Positions 20,101 through 28,498 of a stretch of 49,212 bases of DNA are shown here, one piece after another; position 1 is the stretch's first letter, and each line of letters begins with the position of its first letter. Location of the stretch: positions 1 through 49,212 of IMG/VR virus record IMGVR_UViG_3300020045_004404; one strand, 5' to 3'. The notes beneath the pieces are model-generated. The model ran no database searches. It was not told where the DNA came from and saw nothing but the letters and a program-made list of their open reading frames with translations. The DNA comes from a virus (lineage: Duplodnaviria > Caudoviricetes). The translations under genes and the position numbers were made by a program.

Positions 20101-20616
20101 GTTGTTAAGCTGCTTTACTACTTTAGGGTTAACGAACAATTGCTCAAGAGATTTTTGATCAGCCTTGTTAACGTAATCAGGGTACATACCTGCAGCCTCT
20201 TGGGCACGCTTACGGTATAGAAGACGGTCTACGCTTTTCTGGTCAACATCTCTTAGGTCATTAACGTTCATACCTAAGATAGATGCTTTGTCTTGAAGTC
20301 TTAACTTTTGGTCAGTAGGAGTGTTGCCTTCGGGAGTGCTATCGAAAAGAGTATTGACCTTATTAATGGCGTTTGCGTAAACGGGCTTAACAGCTTGAGA
20401 AGCTTCTCTGAGGTAATCGGTGTACTCGGATTGTACTTGGTCTGCGTTACCGTTATATACGTTGGTAGATTTTGCTACGGCTTCCGCAGGTGATTCAGTC
20501 TGGTTAATATAGGTGGCTACATCATCGGGAGTAAACTGTTGGTCTACCTGTGTATCATCAGTAGTCGCTAAGTACTCAGTTACATCTTCTTGTGTGAACG
20601 TATTAACAGTGGCCAT
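14194..20616 (-). CDS. Large internal virion/ejection protein, 2140 aa, with glycine zipper and HEXXH motif
   Basis: Last and largest of three helical ORFs after the nozzle gene; AGAGAGAGVAALGGPIGAVTGG and VAHEFAH. Confidence 0.8.
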   Translation of the reverse strand: MATVNTFTQEDVTEYLATTDDTQVDQQFTPDDVATYINQTESPAEAVAKSTNVYNGNADQVQSEYTDYLREASQAVKPVYANAINKVNTLFDSTPEGNTPTDQKLRLQDKASILGMNVNDLRDVDQKSVDRLLYRKRAQEAAGMYPDYVNKADQKSLEQLFVNPKVVKQLNNSAKARAMKATTLDKFVATNKASILSMGNTLKFLGPQGDFEEWALSYQLIDSERKANNATTEGTPKLNRMWNDWTPFSDSAVSFTDIAKYITTDPEGFRAAFAEASNSAASIATSIAGRAAGAGAGAGVAALGGPIGAVTGGIAGAYTAGAIAAMDEYLQNEIDTNYRDVNGDINWKAVRADIETLKNKWRIEAAEQGLIGGFAEAWAPKIFANAGSKVSKVVPKVFRTATAKALSKSGKLGKAAVKVATKGAEEFIGEGIGDAAPKTLIDFQNGRLSKNKALTNLKDGVREGVAGAITAGTLAAGNAAAGKAINTVLSADDSPSVETKASAADSSGQAKPDVNAEFTNTTESKPFNERTPEETAASEYKTAQAEETLELASELDNDTDALDFVEGMTDQEKVTLIDSANTDSVTTEDGVVIQGTPTETIVNGADIETLLGADVAVLQSVLVEERQSELAQAINAGEDFKFTYGEWVVAANKLKDKHPTINHLVINTDTEMSGYEAVSHLSEVLDLLQSQYDSLAVQAVESTPPAIPGISAELAADANPAAISARKQTGVVKAVNPTGNVNQVSLQLVDGSTHLIDLYDKESPLDIQGIADKLSAQFAKALKASGRTTETVQQASLQGIPVIMRVLVKRAKALGKPISEMAKSITFKSDASAGSAYIGTNSADPSKVVYGVGRTAQRVSTVAHEFAHAILHFMTVDGPELEAQKQAGSISPEGLEYLSVIEATAKLLGLKDISEVNDSAATTLTNPKTGKMISRNQSRQILTKRTVIHEKLATTMEVYLKAGHLKTEAMDTEIAKILLYWRGLIPSEVLSRQASVAESQGWEYSGEYHQALDPTTEVGDVFHSMYSVNQQIDKTTVPMFNFSYFPVEILGKGGQFILDKVIASKHTAIAKVFAKMYADSINARTAINTPEAIGNMNKDLAEAFGATYSGELVNSLSQLGLKIPESMSKDLSNIQELMERYNPERVPFYRDATLDDIEALLAQNTDAFDAGDSVDTVMGRIANAFFNTKVDIYQKTLEELGYVTDDKIKQASEEMLAKALPTILNDQFTQLVAAYPTEAKQLFAAYIKNGKVSSRIANKHVTIAAQEKLDTMSIRDLRIKALIKNVRDASTDVVNYFNQGKYVDALIAKYDELTKSEMLRLAPDIIKKVDSSKAALQNYGSLDYVYANAGKVHPETMQYLRDVLNSIAAKVPVPLGAVIENLDAELNAFVEGITTSMVNDVAGKKLDSVSAIIAMGDYTKLMARVAAAASQLEKEGRDFVTSQKVNKAKTTVLKSTKVWDMRSKLPQANSIHEVFSTYFSSEESYRDSAIAQIIYDIVKGESQSTNEAGEVSIKLSKFAQKSLSKKLEPMDLPLTGLHVESRDELISVLLYMGSASGKETFMRTHALVNVDPITQTATLKETELQQDLDDLVANGTITADDIALTNAIWAEFVPMLKMIQDVYRRDKGILVGAIPAVPFKVGGFDLTGGYFPISYNEVMEVGTNVKAESLFYNVFGMRNFSRTKERGEGKKTPVKLGLTPVTSYINMVMREYYIKPSMYLFKAFVNDPEIYPHIQMTRPGALQAPVKTGPNTIETGIINDWVGTVENQVRYDIDPNTPKLVNWILRNTSFVFYSMDAIASATNLVAGVPAAAPYTSSKLRLSLNTMTWPLHINKWRNRTKLSEMMKSNERQFVQFVLSENTEELYSKLTTTKEFMNTAAMTLQKVSQHVLENIIWNTEYESQVAKGNTTEGAIKQADLVTERSLGRYALSNKALGQKSGVFGRLTNIASQHLITFKRQINVEMNRDGYAWRKAYMSSLVIGAALASTKIALEIMDYATPDRPKEEEDKKKLRMQVQMYSEMLPYFLGPYGRVLSSAINIGGGSDVSISPVEHTLKQVLRGVPKLAVTAGTDYKMGARDYADVFGMATMVTGVPFSGISNVNDFITAFRDHDEVMIERLMEDAERRAYTQQFGEEYNPLVD

Positions 20617-20639
20617 AAATCTCCCGTGGGTTATGATTT

Positions 20640-20669
20640 AGTGTACCACTGCTATTTCTTTACCGACAA
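20640..20669 (-). promoter_or_regulatory. Promoter TTGTCG-N18-TACACT with extended TG
   Basis: Intergenic, upstream of the 2140-aa gene. Confidence 0.55.
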
Positions 20670-20675
20670 TAAGTA

Positions 20676-22493
20676 TTACTCTGCGGTAGCTGTGCTGGTC
20701 TGTGCTTTTCTGCGGCGGAAGTCCATTATCTGTCTTTGTGCAGTAGCTTTGTCTACTACCTTACCAGCTGATTTCATTTGGGCTTGCCAGTCCAATATCT
20801 CATTAGCCGTAGGCTCTGGTACTCTTACCTGACCTCTACCACCTGTTTGACGCTGACTGGTAAATTCATCACTAGGACGGGCCTCTACTTTATCGTTGTT
20901 GAACCAAGAGTTACCTGATGTATCAATGTTGATTTTATTTAATAGGTTACCCATAAAGTTAGGTTTCGTAATACCTTTGAGAACCCCGTTCTCAGGGTCA
21001 TTCATACGGTCACGTACGTAACCCATAATGATGGCCTCATTCTTTTCGTTAGGGTACTTGTCGCGGATTTCGTACAAGATATCCCGAGCATTTTGAGATA
21101 CCTGAGCTGCACGTTTTACATCAGTCTGGAAGCCTAGGCCTAACTTAGCTTTACCAATGTTTTGGGCCATAGAATCGGCTCTAGATTCAAGGGATCCGCT
21201 GTCAATTTGGAAGTTCTTTTCTTGGGTATCTCTACCGATAACTCGCTTAGCGGCTTCCGCTGCTCTACGGTCTTCACGGCTTAATTGGAACTGATCAAGG
21301 TCAATCTTAGCAAAAGACTCTCTGTCAGTTTGTTGCAGCTTCGATAGAAATTCACGGTCCTTAGGGTTAGTGAATGCTCGCGCAGTTCCGCCTTCCATAG
21401 TGTTCAGGTAGCTACGGGCTTTTAGTTCTCCGTCAGGTGATTTCATATTTTTGGTTAGCTTCTCTGCCTGAGCTGGGTTACCTGAGCGCATGGCCTTAAC
21501 TGCTTGCCCAAATACTTCGCGGTCACCCTTTTCTATTTCAGCCTTGCGGGCAGTCTCAAGTTGGTTATATAGCGCAAAACCTTGAGTGGAAGCTTTAGTG
21601 CTACCTCTAGCATTTTTAAAAATGAAATCTCTTGCAGCTACTGGTTCAAGTCCTAACTTCTGAGCTTCCGCAGCTAGTGAATAACCTAGGTCACCTTCAG
21701 TTTTATCTTTAGCAGCAGCAAAGGCATTATTGATTTTAGTCTGGTCTTCAGTGGTAACATGGATATCAGGGTCTTTAAGAACTACTTCGTTGAAATACTT
21801 TTGATACTGCTCCACTCGGTCAGGAGTTGCCGACTGCGATAGTGAGAACTGAACACCTTCATACACTGAGTTTGACGCGATTACGGCAGAGTTAAATACT
21901 TGCGCATCTTCACTTCCACCTTTCATGGCTTCGGTGTAGCGAGCGTACTCATACACTTTATTGTATCCGGGCTTGAAGGCATTAATATCTGGGAACGAAC
22001 TGGCAGCGTCCATCGTGAGGGCTTTCACATTGGAATTACCAGTGTTGATAGCATCCTTACGCCCTTCGACGTTGATTTTATCAGTCATGAGAGTAGTTAG
22101 CTCTTGAATCTTGATCTTACTGTCGCGACTAACTTGATCGGTAAGTTCCGCAGGGGCATTCTGTACGAGGTCTTCAGCTGCACGAGTCGCTTGGTCTAAT
22201 ATCCCTTGGCTCTCAGTAATAGCATTACTACCTACAAGTGCTGCCATTCGGCTTTTATATTCACTCGTAACACTTTCAACTGCGTATTTAGATTTGATCT
22301 TAGTGAGGGCATCTTTACGGGTAACTACAATCTTATTAACTGAGTCGATCTGATCACCGATCGCTTTCTGCTCCATGAAGTTTTTCGTGGGAGTCGCTAG
22401 GTCTAGGACACTAGTTTTTCCCGCTTCGACTAAGGGAATATTAGGGGCAGTTAACTGTACCTGCTCTAACTGTTGTGGTGATCTAAGACCCAT
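20676..22493 (-). CDS. Internal virion/ejection protein, 605 aa
   Basis: Helical A/K/Q-rich composition; podovirus synteny. Confidence 0.7.
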   Translation of the reverse strand: MGLRSPQQLEQVQLTAPNIPLVEAGKTSVLDLATPTKNFMEQKAIGDQIDSVNKIVVTRKDALTKIKSKYAVESVTSEYKSRMAALVGSNAITESQGILDQATRAAEDLVQNAPAELTDQVSRDSKIKIQELTTLMTDKINVEGRKDAINTGNSNVKALTMDAASSFPDINAFKPGYNKVYEYARYTEAMKGGSEDAQVFNSAVIASNSVYEGVQFSLSQSATPDRVEQYQKYFNEVVLKDPDIHVTTEDQTKINNAFAAAKDKTEGDLGYSLAAEAQKLGLEPVAARDFIFKNARGSTKASTQGFALYNQLETARKAEIEKGDREVFGQAVKAMRSGNPAQAEKLTKNMKSPDGELKARSYLNTMEGGTARAFTNPKDREFLSKLQQTDRESFAKIDLDQFQLSREDRRAAEAAKRVIGRDTQEKNFQIDSGSLESRADSMAQNIGKAKLGLGFQTDVKRAAQVSQNARDILYEIRDKYPNEKNEAIIMGYVRDRMNDPENGVLKGITKPNFMGNLLNKINIDTSGNSWFNNDKVEARPSDEFTSQRQTGGRGQVRVPEPTANEILDWQAQMKSAGKVVDKATAQRQIMDFRRRKAQTSTATAE

Positions 22494-22506
22494 ATAAAAC
22501 TCCCTA

Positions 22507-23208
22507 CTATGCTTTTCCTGCGTAATACCCGCCCGCAGACATTCCTACATTTAGGATACCTTGGTAAAGGGCCATGTCGTTAGCGTTATCTGCCATTTCA
22601 ACATTATAGTCTTGATTGGCTATCTGTATCTCTACTCCCGCCATTTCTGCGTACATTTTTGATTCTTCGCGTGCAGCGTTCTGTAGGGCCATAGCTCGGT
22701 AAGAACTAGTGACCTTATCCACTCCAGCACCTCGAAGGTCTTGGCCTTGTGCTGCTAGTGATAGTGACGCTTGGTCAGCATTGAGCTCTCCTTCCATTTG
22801 TCTATCAAGTGCTGCCTGTCTACCTGCCACCATGATCAAAGACTTCTGGTGGTTCAACAAATAAATGTTGGTATCAGCTGCACCCTTAATAGCCTCATAT
22901 TGAGTTTGTGAGGCCATCACATCAGTAACTGCCTGAACCGCTGAAACCGCTAAGGCAGTCTTTCTTTGACTGTCTAAAGCTTTAGCGCGGGCCTCTGCTG
23001 TCGCAAGCGCCGAAGCAGCTCTAGACTCATCAGCACCGCCCAAATTAAAAGGGTCAGACTTGCCCTGCTGAGAAGGTATCTCAGTAGCTAGAGGGTTATT
23101 ATCTTGCTCTTGTAAACGGTAAGTATTAGCAGGACTTGAAACTAACAAGTTAGAGCCCCTATTTAGGGCAGCATCAGCGTACTTGTCCATGCTACTTTTC
23201 TCAGCCAT
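22507..23208 (-). CDS. Internal virion/ejection protein, 233 aa
   Basis: A/Q-rich with a LAAQGQDL motif typical of small podovirus core proteins; synteny. Confidence 0.7.
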   Translation of the reverse strand: MAEKSSMDKYADAALNRGSNLLVSSPANTYRLQEQDNNPLATEIPSQQGKSDPFNLGGADESRAASALATAEARAKALDSQRKTALAVSAVQAVTDVMASQTQYEAIKGAADTNIYLLNHQKSLIMVAGRQAALDRQMEGELNADQASLSLAAQGQDLRGAGVDKVTSSYRAMALQNAAREESKMYAEMAGVEIQIANQDYNVEMADNANDMALYQGILNVGMSAGGYYAGKA

Positions 23209-26200
23209 TAAATGCTCCTACGTTACCTTTAGGTATGATACCTGAGATACTGAATGGCTGTAAATCCATCCCTGATACTCTTACCTTACCATGGTCATTC
23301 CACGTTGAGCCAAAATTGTAGCTCTTAGGTCCTGAGAATGCTACTGGCTCTGTAACCGAATCTTCAGTGGTGAAATCGAATCTTTCAAGCTCAATGTCAG
23401 GCTGACCTACCTCACCTACGCGAAGACCTTTAGTATTGTACAGAAGTACTGAAGCGTAATCGATATTCTTTCTAGCATCAGTAATATCTTGCTGAGCGGA
23501 AGCCACTGGTAAAGTTTCCATCTCACCGATAGCAGGGGCACCCATAGAGAACCAGCTGCATAGTTCTGGTAGTTCGATCTCAAAGTAGTTGTCTGCAGGG
23601 TAAAAAGACCCGTCATACTCTGGAGGAGCATCGTAATAGTGCTTCAACATTACACTGGTAGAGCTTAGAGGGTCTTTAAAATTACCGTAAATGTTACCGT
23701 TAACTTCAAGCGTTATAGGTACTTCGATAGGAGCTGCAATAGTTCCTAGACCTTTGACATCGTACCCTAGCATTAGGTCATAGAAGCCTTTAGCATACAT
23801 GTAACTACCGTACCCAACTCCGTAAGCAAACTCCACCTTATCGAAAGCAAGTTCTGCAATAATGTAGCCGCTACTTAGTAGTGTATCGATATTGCTATTG
23901 CTTGGAGGGTTTAGGTACAGGGATCTAGTTTGTAAATCCAAAGGCACTTCAACATCAAATTCAAAAGTACATGATCTATAGAAAACGTATAGAGAACTGA
24001 CAGGTATAATCCTAGCGTATATGGTTTGCAGCTTACTTGAGTCATCCAACCAAGTGAACTTCATATAAGGGTTTCGGATAATTCCGGGTGCGCTACCTGC
24101 TAAGTCTAAAGGTACTAGTCCTTCAGTAATTTCGATAGGCGTGTTAGGAAGCCAGTCACCCGTAGGGTCTGCCAGATTTGTAATTAGTGAGTGACCCTCA
24201 TGCGGGAGCGATGCTTCTACTACACTATACGCTGATTTATATACCCATCCTGCTGCAATACTTCCACCTACTGCGCCTGTAATCTCGCCCGTCATATCAG
24301 TGGTCTGGTCAGGTACGTAAGAAGAAAAGCTTCCCAGCTCAGTGCTGAAGTCTAACTGCGTTTCGTAGTCTATATACTTACTCTGAACTAATGGCTCTGG
24401 AGTAATAGCGATTTCTACTACGTAGTTATTAAAAGTAGTAGTATCTAACATTCTATAGTTTGTGTACGCCTCAGCTCCGAAAGAAGTCTTAGCGAAAGAA
24501 GGGGCGTGTACTACGGTCATAGGGAATGTGGCCCCTGCATATACTTTCCCAGAAGTAGGAGCTCCAAGCATTTCTACTCTGAAGAAAGAGAATACTTCGC
24601 CTACTTTATAACACTCATACAAGTCGCCTGCAGTAGTGTTAATTAGAAATCTAGGTAATGATTTACGGTCCTCAATTGGTACAATCGAAAGGATGGTTTT
24701 ATTTTCAAACATGTGCCCTGCTAGCGCAGAAGCATTACCGCCTACGGCCCCACCGTCTGAAGCAAGCGTTAGGTATCCTACCCCGCCACCAGTAGAAGCG
24801 AACAGGCATGTGTCGCCAGAAACTACAGGAGGCACGCCTTCCATGCAGCCAAACGATAGAACCTTGAAAGGGTTAATCGAAGTCGGGGTAATAATCCCAG
24901 CCTCGTCACCCTGAATGATAAACGTAGAAGTATTAGTGAAGGCCACAAGTCTCGACATACTCGCTAAGTGAGTGAGGAAACCCCCACGCTCTTCTGGTAC
25001 GTTAAACTGGAAAGCCTCAGTAGGGTTAGATATCTGAGGGAAAATAACTTGCCCTACGGCAGAAATTCTCGAAGCTACAATTGTATTATTGTAAACACTT
25101 GTGCCCCACCATAGACCTTTGTTAATCGCGTAATATGCTCTCTGTTGGAATACGGCGGTATCTACTACCGTCTTTAGACCACCAGTTAAAGTATTAACAA
25201 AAGTGCTGGTACAGAGAGTGTGAAATGAAGGCTGTTGGTAAAGAGCAGAAGTATCGCAACATACACTGTACGCTGGCTCTTCTTGCCCCCCGTCTGTGAC
25301 TTTAATAGCAGTGGCACCATCCACTCCAAACTTAGCTACAAGCTTGTATAAACTATTGTACGCAGTATGTACCCCGGTAGTACGGTACACTTTGAGTTTA
25401 ACTATTTCCTTACTACCGAAAGACGGGATAGAGCTACTGACACTTGTGGCACCTATGTAATTAGTCACCGTACCGCTAATAGGATACGGTATCACGTTTG
25501 CGACTACACTGGCGGGCATAGTAATTGCCAAACTTGTACCCGGCAAATCTCGTATCACGTACATAGATACATCATTGCCATCGGCAGTTTCTGCTACTAA
25601 TGCGTACGAGGCACTACCTGTAATGGCACCTGTATAAGTGCTTTGCATCGATATTACAAATGGGTCTGTCAGCCTCGTCATATTCTGAAGCGTAAGATTA
25701 GATTCTAACCTGATACCTACAGTCTCACTCAGAGAAGGCGACCCGGTGAAATCGGGGGGTACCATTCTAATACAAAATTGAGTTTCAGTATATGAGTAGT
25801 CATCGTCGATAGGGAGTACGTATTGTTCTCCTCCTGCGACTGAAGCATTTATAAATCTTAAAGGGAGCGTCTTAGAAAATATAACTAAGTCGTTATGAAT
25901 AATAAAGTGCAGCCCTTTCAGGCCCTTTAGTACGTCACCCGCAATATCTAGATCGACCGTTCCCGGTATAGGTCCACAAACCTCAGTATCAAGTTCCACG
26001 CCCGCGCAGTATATTTTTATAACACCTTGGTTGTTGAACACTTCTAGCTTTAACATTTGCTTAGTAATGTAGTGTTGAAACACACATGCTACATAGTCAT
26101 TTGAAGATTGAAGATTTGTTATTACTTCTGCTATCGAAGCTGGGGTCATTCTCGCTTTACTACCCTTACGGTTAGAAAGCCCACCTAATGGGCCCAGCTT

Positions 26201-26314
26201 TACGTTAGACGCTTTTGAGAGTGAGCTGTTGAAACTAGCTAAGTCACTCCGATAATAGAACTCAGGGGAGATTTCCCCCTGCATGAATGATAGTTGTTGT
26301 GCTTCTCCGGCCAT
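23201..26314 (-). CDS. Tail tubular protein B / nozzle
   Basis: N-terminal QLSFMQGEISP...RSDL...N...GGLSNRKG and FQQR motifs of the podovirus nozzle family. Confidence 0.85.
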   Translation of the reverse strand: MAGEAQQLSFMQGEISPEFYYRSDLASFNSSLSKASNVKLGPLGGLSNRKGSKARMTPASIAEVITNLQSSNDYVACVFQHYITKQMLKLEVFNNQGVIKIYCAGVELDTEVCGPIPGTVDLDIAGDVLKGLKGLHFIIHNDLVIFSKTLPLRFINASVAGGEQYVLPIDDDYSYTETQFCIRMVPPDFTGSPSLSETVGIRLESNLTLQNMTRLTDPFVISMQSTYTGAITGSASYALVAETADGNDVSMYVIRDLPGTSLAITMPASVVANVIPYPISGTVTNYIGATSVSSSIPSFGSKEIVKLKVYRTTGVHTAYNSLYKLVAKFGVDGATAIKVTDGGQEEPAYSVCCDTSALYQQPSFHTLCTSTFVNTLTGGLKTVVDTAVFQQRAYYAINKGLWWGTSVYNNTIVASRISAVGQVIFPQISNPTEAFQFNVPEERGGFLTHLASMSRLVAFTNTSTFIIQGDEAGIITPTSINPFKVLSFGCMEGVPPVVSGDTCLFASTGGGVGYLTLASDGGAVGGNASALAGHMFENKTILSIVPIEDRKSLPRFLINTTAGDLYECYKVGEVFSFFRVEMLGAPTSGKVYAGATFPMTVVHAPSFAKTSFGAEAYTNYRMLDTTTFNNYVVEIAITPEPLVQSKYIDYETQLDFSTELGSFSSYVPDQTTDMTGEITGAVGGSIAAGWVYKSAYSVVEASLPHEGHSLITNLADPTGDWLPNTPIEITEGLVPLDLAGSAPGIIRNPYMKFTWLDDSSKLQTIYARIIPVSSLYVFYRSCTFEFDVEVPLDLQTRSLYLNPPSNSNIDTLLSSGYIIAELAFDKVEFAYGVGYGSYMYAKGFYDLMLGYDVKGLGTIAAPIEVPITLEVNGNIYGNFKDPLSSTSVMLKHYYDAPPEYDGSFYPADNYFEIELPELCSWFSMGAPAIGEMETLPVASAQQDITDARKNIDYASVLLYNTKGLRVGEVGQPDIELERFDFTTEDSVTEPVAFSGPKSYNFGSTWNDHGKVRVSGMDLQPFSISGIIPKGNVGAFNG

Positions 26315-26322
26315 ATATCCCT

Positions 26323-26895
26323 CTAGTATTTCTTAGGTGCGGTATCGTTCTCGTAATTTGAAATGATACCTTCATTAGCAGCTAACGCTCTTTTAGCCGT
26401 TTGGGAGTTGTATATTGCGGCGTCCACGCCTTTGATGTATCTAGCGTTTCCGCCTCCAGCCGAGTACTCAGATTTTCTGGCATCCCAGTTCTCTTCGTTA
26501 ATGCCGCTTCTAGCATTGAAAGATCTGTAACCTAACTGCTTACCTACCTCAACCCCTGCCACACTTGCATCATTTACTAAGCCCGCAGTGCGTGACCTAG
26601 CGTCCATGACTTGATCTTCTTTATTAATACCGATATCAGCTAGGGCCCATTGTTCGGCCTGAGCTTTAGCATTAAAGTCTGCAGTGTTTTGGCGCTCAAT
26701 AGCTCTTTGGATTTCTTTCTGGCGTTCTTCTTCAGCCTTACGGGCAGCGTCTTCTTGCTTACCTCCAATGAGGCCCCCAGCTACAAAACCTATAGCAGCT
26801 CCAACAGCGGCCCCCGGAACTCCCCCGACCATAGCGCCTGTCGCTGTACCTGAGGCAGCACCTTGATAAGATGATTGCTCACTCCATGAAGCCAT
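26323..26895 (-). CDS. Glycine-zipper protein, probable virion/ejection component
   Basis: GAASGTATGAMVGGVPGAAVGAAIGFVAGGLIGG followed by a coiled coil. Confidence 0.65.
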   Translation of the reverse strand: MASWSEQSSYQGAASGTATGAMVGGVPGAAVGAAIGFVAGGLIGGKQEDAARKAEEERQKEIQRAIERQNTADFNAKAQAEQWALADIGINKEDQVMDARSRTAGLVNDASVAGVEVGKQLGYRSFNARSGINEENWDARKSEYSAGGGNARYIKGVDAAIYNSQTAKRALAANEGIISNYENDTAPKKY

Positions 26896-27515
26896 TAATA
26901 GTCCCCTCTAACAGTGAGCATAGAAGAGTCATACGTATATGATTCAGGTTGATGGGCAATGTCTCTAGCGATAGCACGTTGAATTTCGCCGTTATAGTCC
27001 GGCATAACGTTTTGGAAAATCTTCGGCCAGTTCTGAGTAATTAACTTAGGACCGATAAGCTTGGCCAAGAAGAATGAAAACCCAATTGCAAAGTGGTAAG
27101 GAAAATCATAATCATCACCGATAGCAACCGTGTACTCGGCGTGGGCTGTAGGTACATCACTCCAAATTTCAGTTCCTGTACCAACGTTGATTTCGCGCCA
27201 TCTAAGGGCGTACTCTTGCTGTATCTCGGCTTTAGGAAAGCACCCATTTGGTGCCAGTCGCCTAATAACCAGTGCGTCTGCAGGTTTAGTGTATGCGTAC
27301 GAGTATCCCGCTGAAGGAGTACTAAGCCCTACTGGCAATGCTGCGAATGAAGTGGCAAATGTCCATGGGTGGGATTCTAGGTAAGCTATTAAGCCTATCC
27401 TCCACCATTGATTAATTATTTTTGCAGCTAGTGAAGGGTCCGTAGCGAAGTCTACGATCTTGATCGTCTGGCCTAAGTTGGATGTAGTTAAGTTAGCAAT
27501 TTCGTTCTTGTTCAT
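26895..27515 (-). CDS. Tail tubular protein A / head-tail adaptor
   Basis: EIANL...LG, LESHPWTFA and YAYTKPADAL motifs. Confidence 0.85.
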   Translation of the reverse strand: MNKNEIANLTTSNLGQTIKIVDFATDPSLAAKIINQWWRIGLIAYLESHPWTFATSFAALPVGLSTPSAGYSYAYTKPADALVIRRLAPNGCFPKAEIQQEYALRWREINVGTGTEIWSDVPTAHAEYTVAIGDDYDFPYHFAIGFSFFLAKLIGPKLITQNWPKIFQNVMPDYNGEIQRAIARDIAHQPESYTYDSSMLTVRGDY

Positions 27516-27542
27516 AACTACATCCTATTATAATAACAGAAT

Positions 27543-27875
27543 TTATACTAGAGGGATTTCTCCAACTGGTTTAACATCAGCAGGCTTAACCGCTGGTTTA
27601 GCAGCAGCAGGCTTGCGAGAACGAGTAGCAGGAGCAGCTGCAGCTGTTTTAACAGGAGCATCAGCTTTACCAGCTTTAACTTCTTTAGCTAACTCTTTGA
27701 TAGTATCAGCTACTAACTTTTCAGACTCAGGAGATAGTTCTACTACCTCAGGAGCGTAACTTTTCTTATCTGACACTAGTACTTGCATAGTAATTTTCTC
27801 TGACCCCATGTAGTAAATGTTACCAATGTAAGCAGGAGCGCGGAGAGTACCATTAATTTCAACAAACTTTTTCAC
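27543..27875 (-). CDS. Hypothetical protein with K/A/P-rich disordered tail, ends IPLV
   Basis: GAAGGA RBS before a GTG start; lies between the cement and adaptor genes. Confidence 0.7.
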   Translation of the reverse strand: MKKFVEINGTLRAPAYIGNIYYMGSEKITMQVLVSDKKSYAPEVVELSPESEKLVADTIKELAKEVKAGKADAPVKTAAAAPATRSRKPAAAKPAVKPADVKPVGEIPLV

Positions 27876-27905
27876 GTTTCTTCCTTCGATGAGTGTTTAT
27901 GTTAT

Positions 27906-27930
27906 AAAAAAGGAGAGCCGTAGCCCTCCT
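27906..27930 (-). terminator. Intrinsic terminator after the capsid/cement genes
   Basis: GGAGGGC-TACG-GCTCTCC followed by TTTTTT on the minus strand. Confidence 0.8.
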
Positions 27931-27958
27931 CTCTTTTAATAATGATGTAACTTAATTA

Positions 27959-28435
27959 CTAAACTGACAAGTTTTTAGCTGTACCAATGTAAGCATCAAC
28001 AGTACCAACAGTAGTGTTAGATGTAAGTGGAGTAAACTTAAGACCTAGGTAACGCTTAACTAGACCCATTGGGATATACTTCATAGGTACTTCGTAACCT
28101 GCTACCGAAGCAGCTGGGATAGTGAAAGTTCCAATAACCACTGGGGCAGTGATAAGGTCAGACGCTGAATCTGTTACGACATCAACTCTAACACCGCCTG
28201 AACCGCCTACTAGAGTAGTGGTAACCTGACAGTTAAAAGGGATATTAACAGCATCAAAGTTATTAACCTGAGCATTCTGACTAAGAGCTTGACGAGGTAC
28301 GTTTGCTGGCACGCCCATGTCGATTACGTTCTTCGAGATGATGGCAGTACCAAAAACTCCCACTACTGACTGGTTAGAGTGGTTGGCTGATGAGGCCATA
28401 TCTTTTGTGAAACTTGACTGTAAATCTTGATACAT
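27959..28435 (-). CDS. Capsid cement/decoration protein (BPP-1 Bbp16-like)
   Basis: S.NVIDMG and KRYLGLKF...GTVDAYI motifs; directly follows the MCP gene. Confidence 0.8.
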   Translation of the reverse strand: MYQDLQSSFTKDMASSANHSNQSVVGVFGTAIISKNVIDMGVPANVPRQALSQNAQVNNFDAVNIPFNCQVTTTLVGGSGGVRVDVVTDSASDLITAPVVIGTFTIPAASVAGYEVPMKYIPMGLVKRYLGLKFTPLTSNTTVGTVDAYIGTAKNLSV

Positions 28436-28469
28436 ATAAAAACCTTTGTTTAATTGTAAGTCTTATAAT

Positions 28470-28498
28470 AAAAGGCCCCCCTACTTATTGTAGAGGGT
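28470..28498 (-). terminator. Weak terminator/hairpin at the MCP stop
   Basis: CCCTCTAC-AATAA-GTAGGGGG then CCTTTT on the minus strand. Confidence 0.45.
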
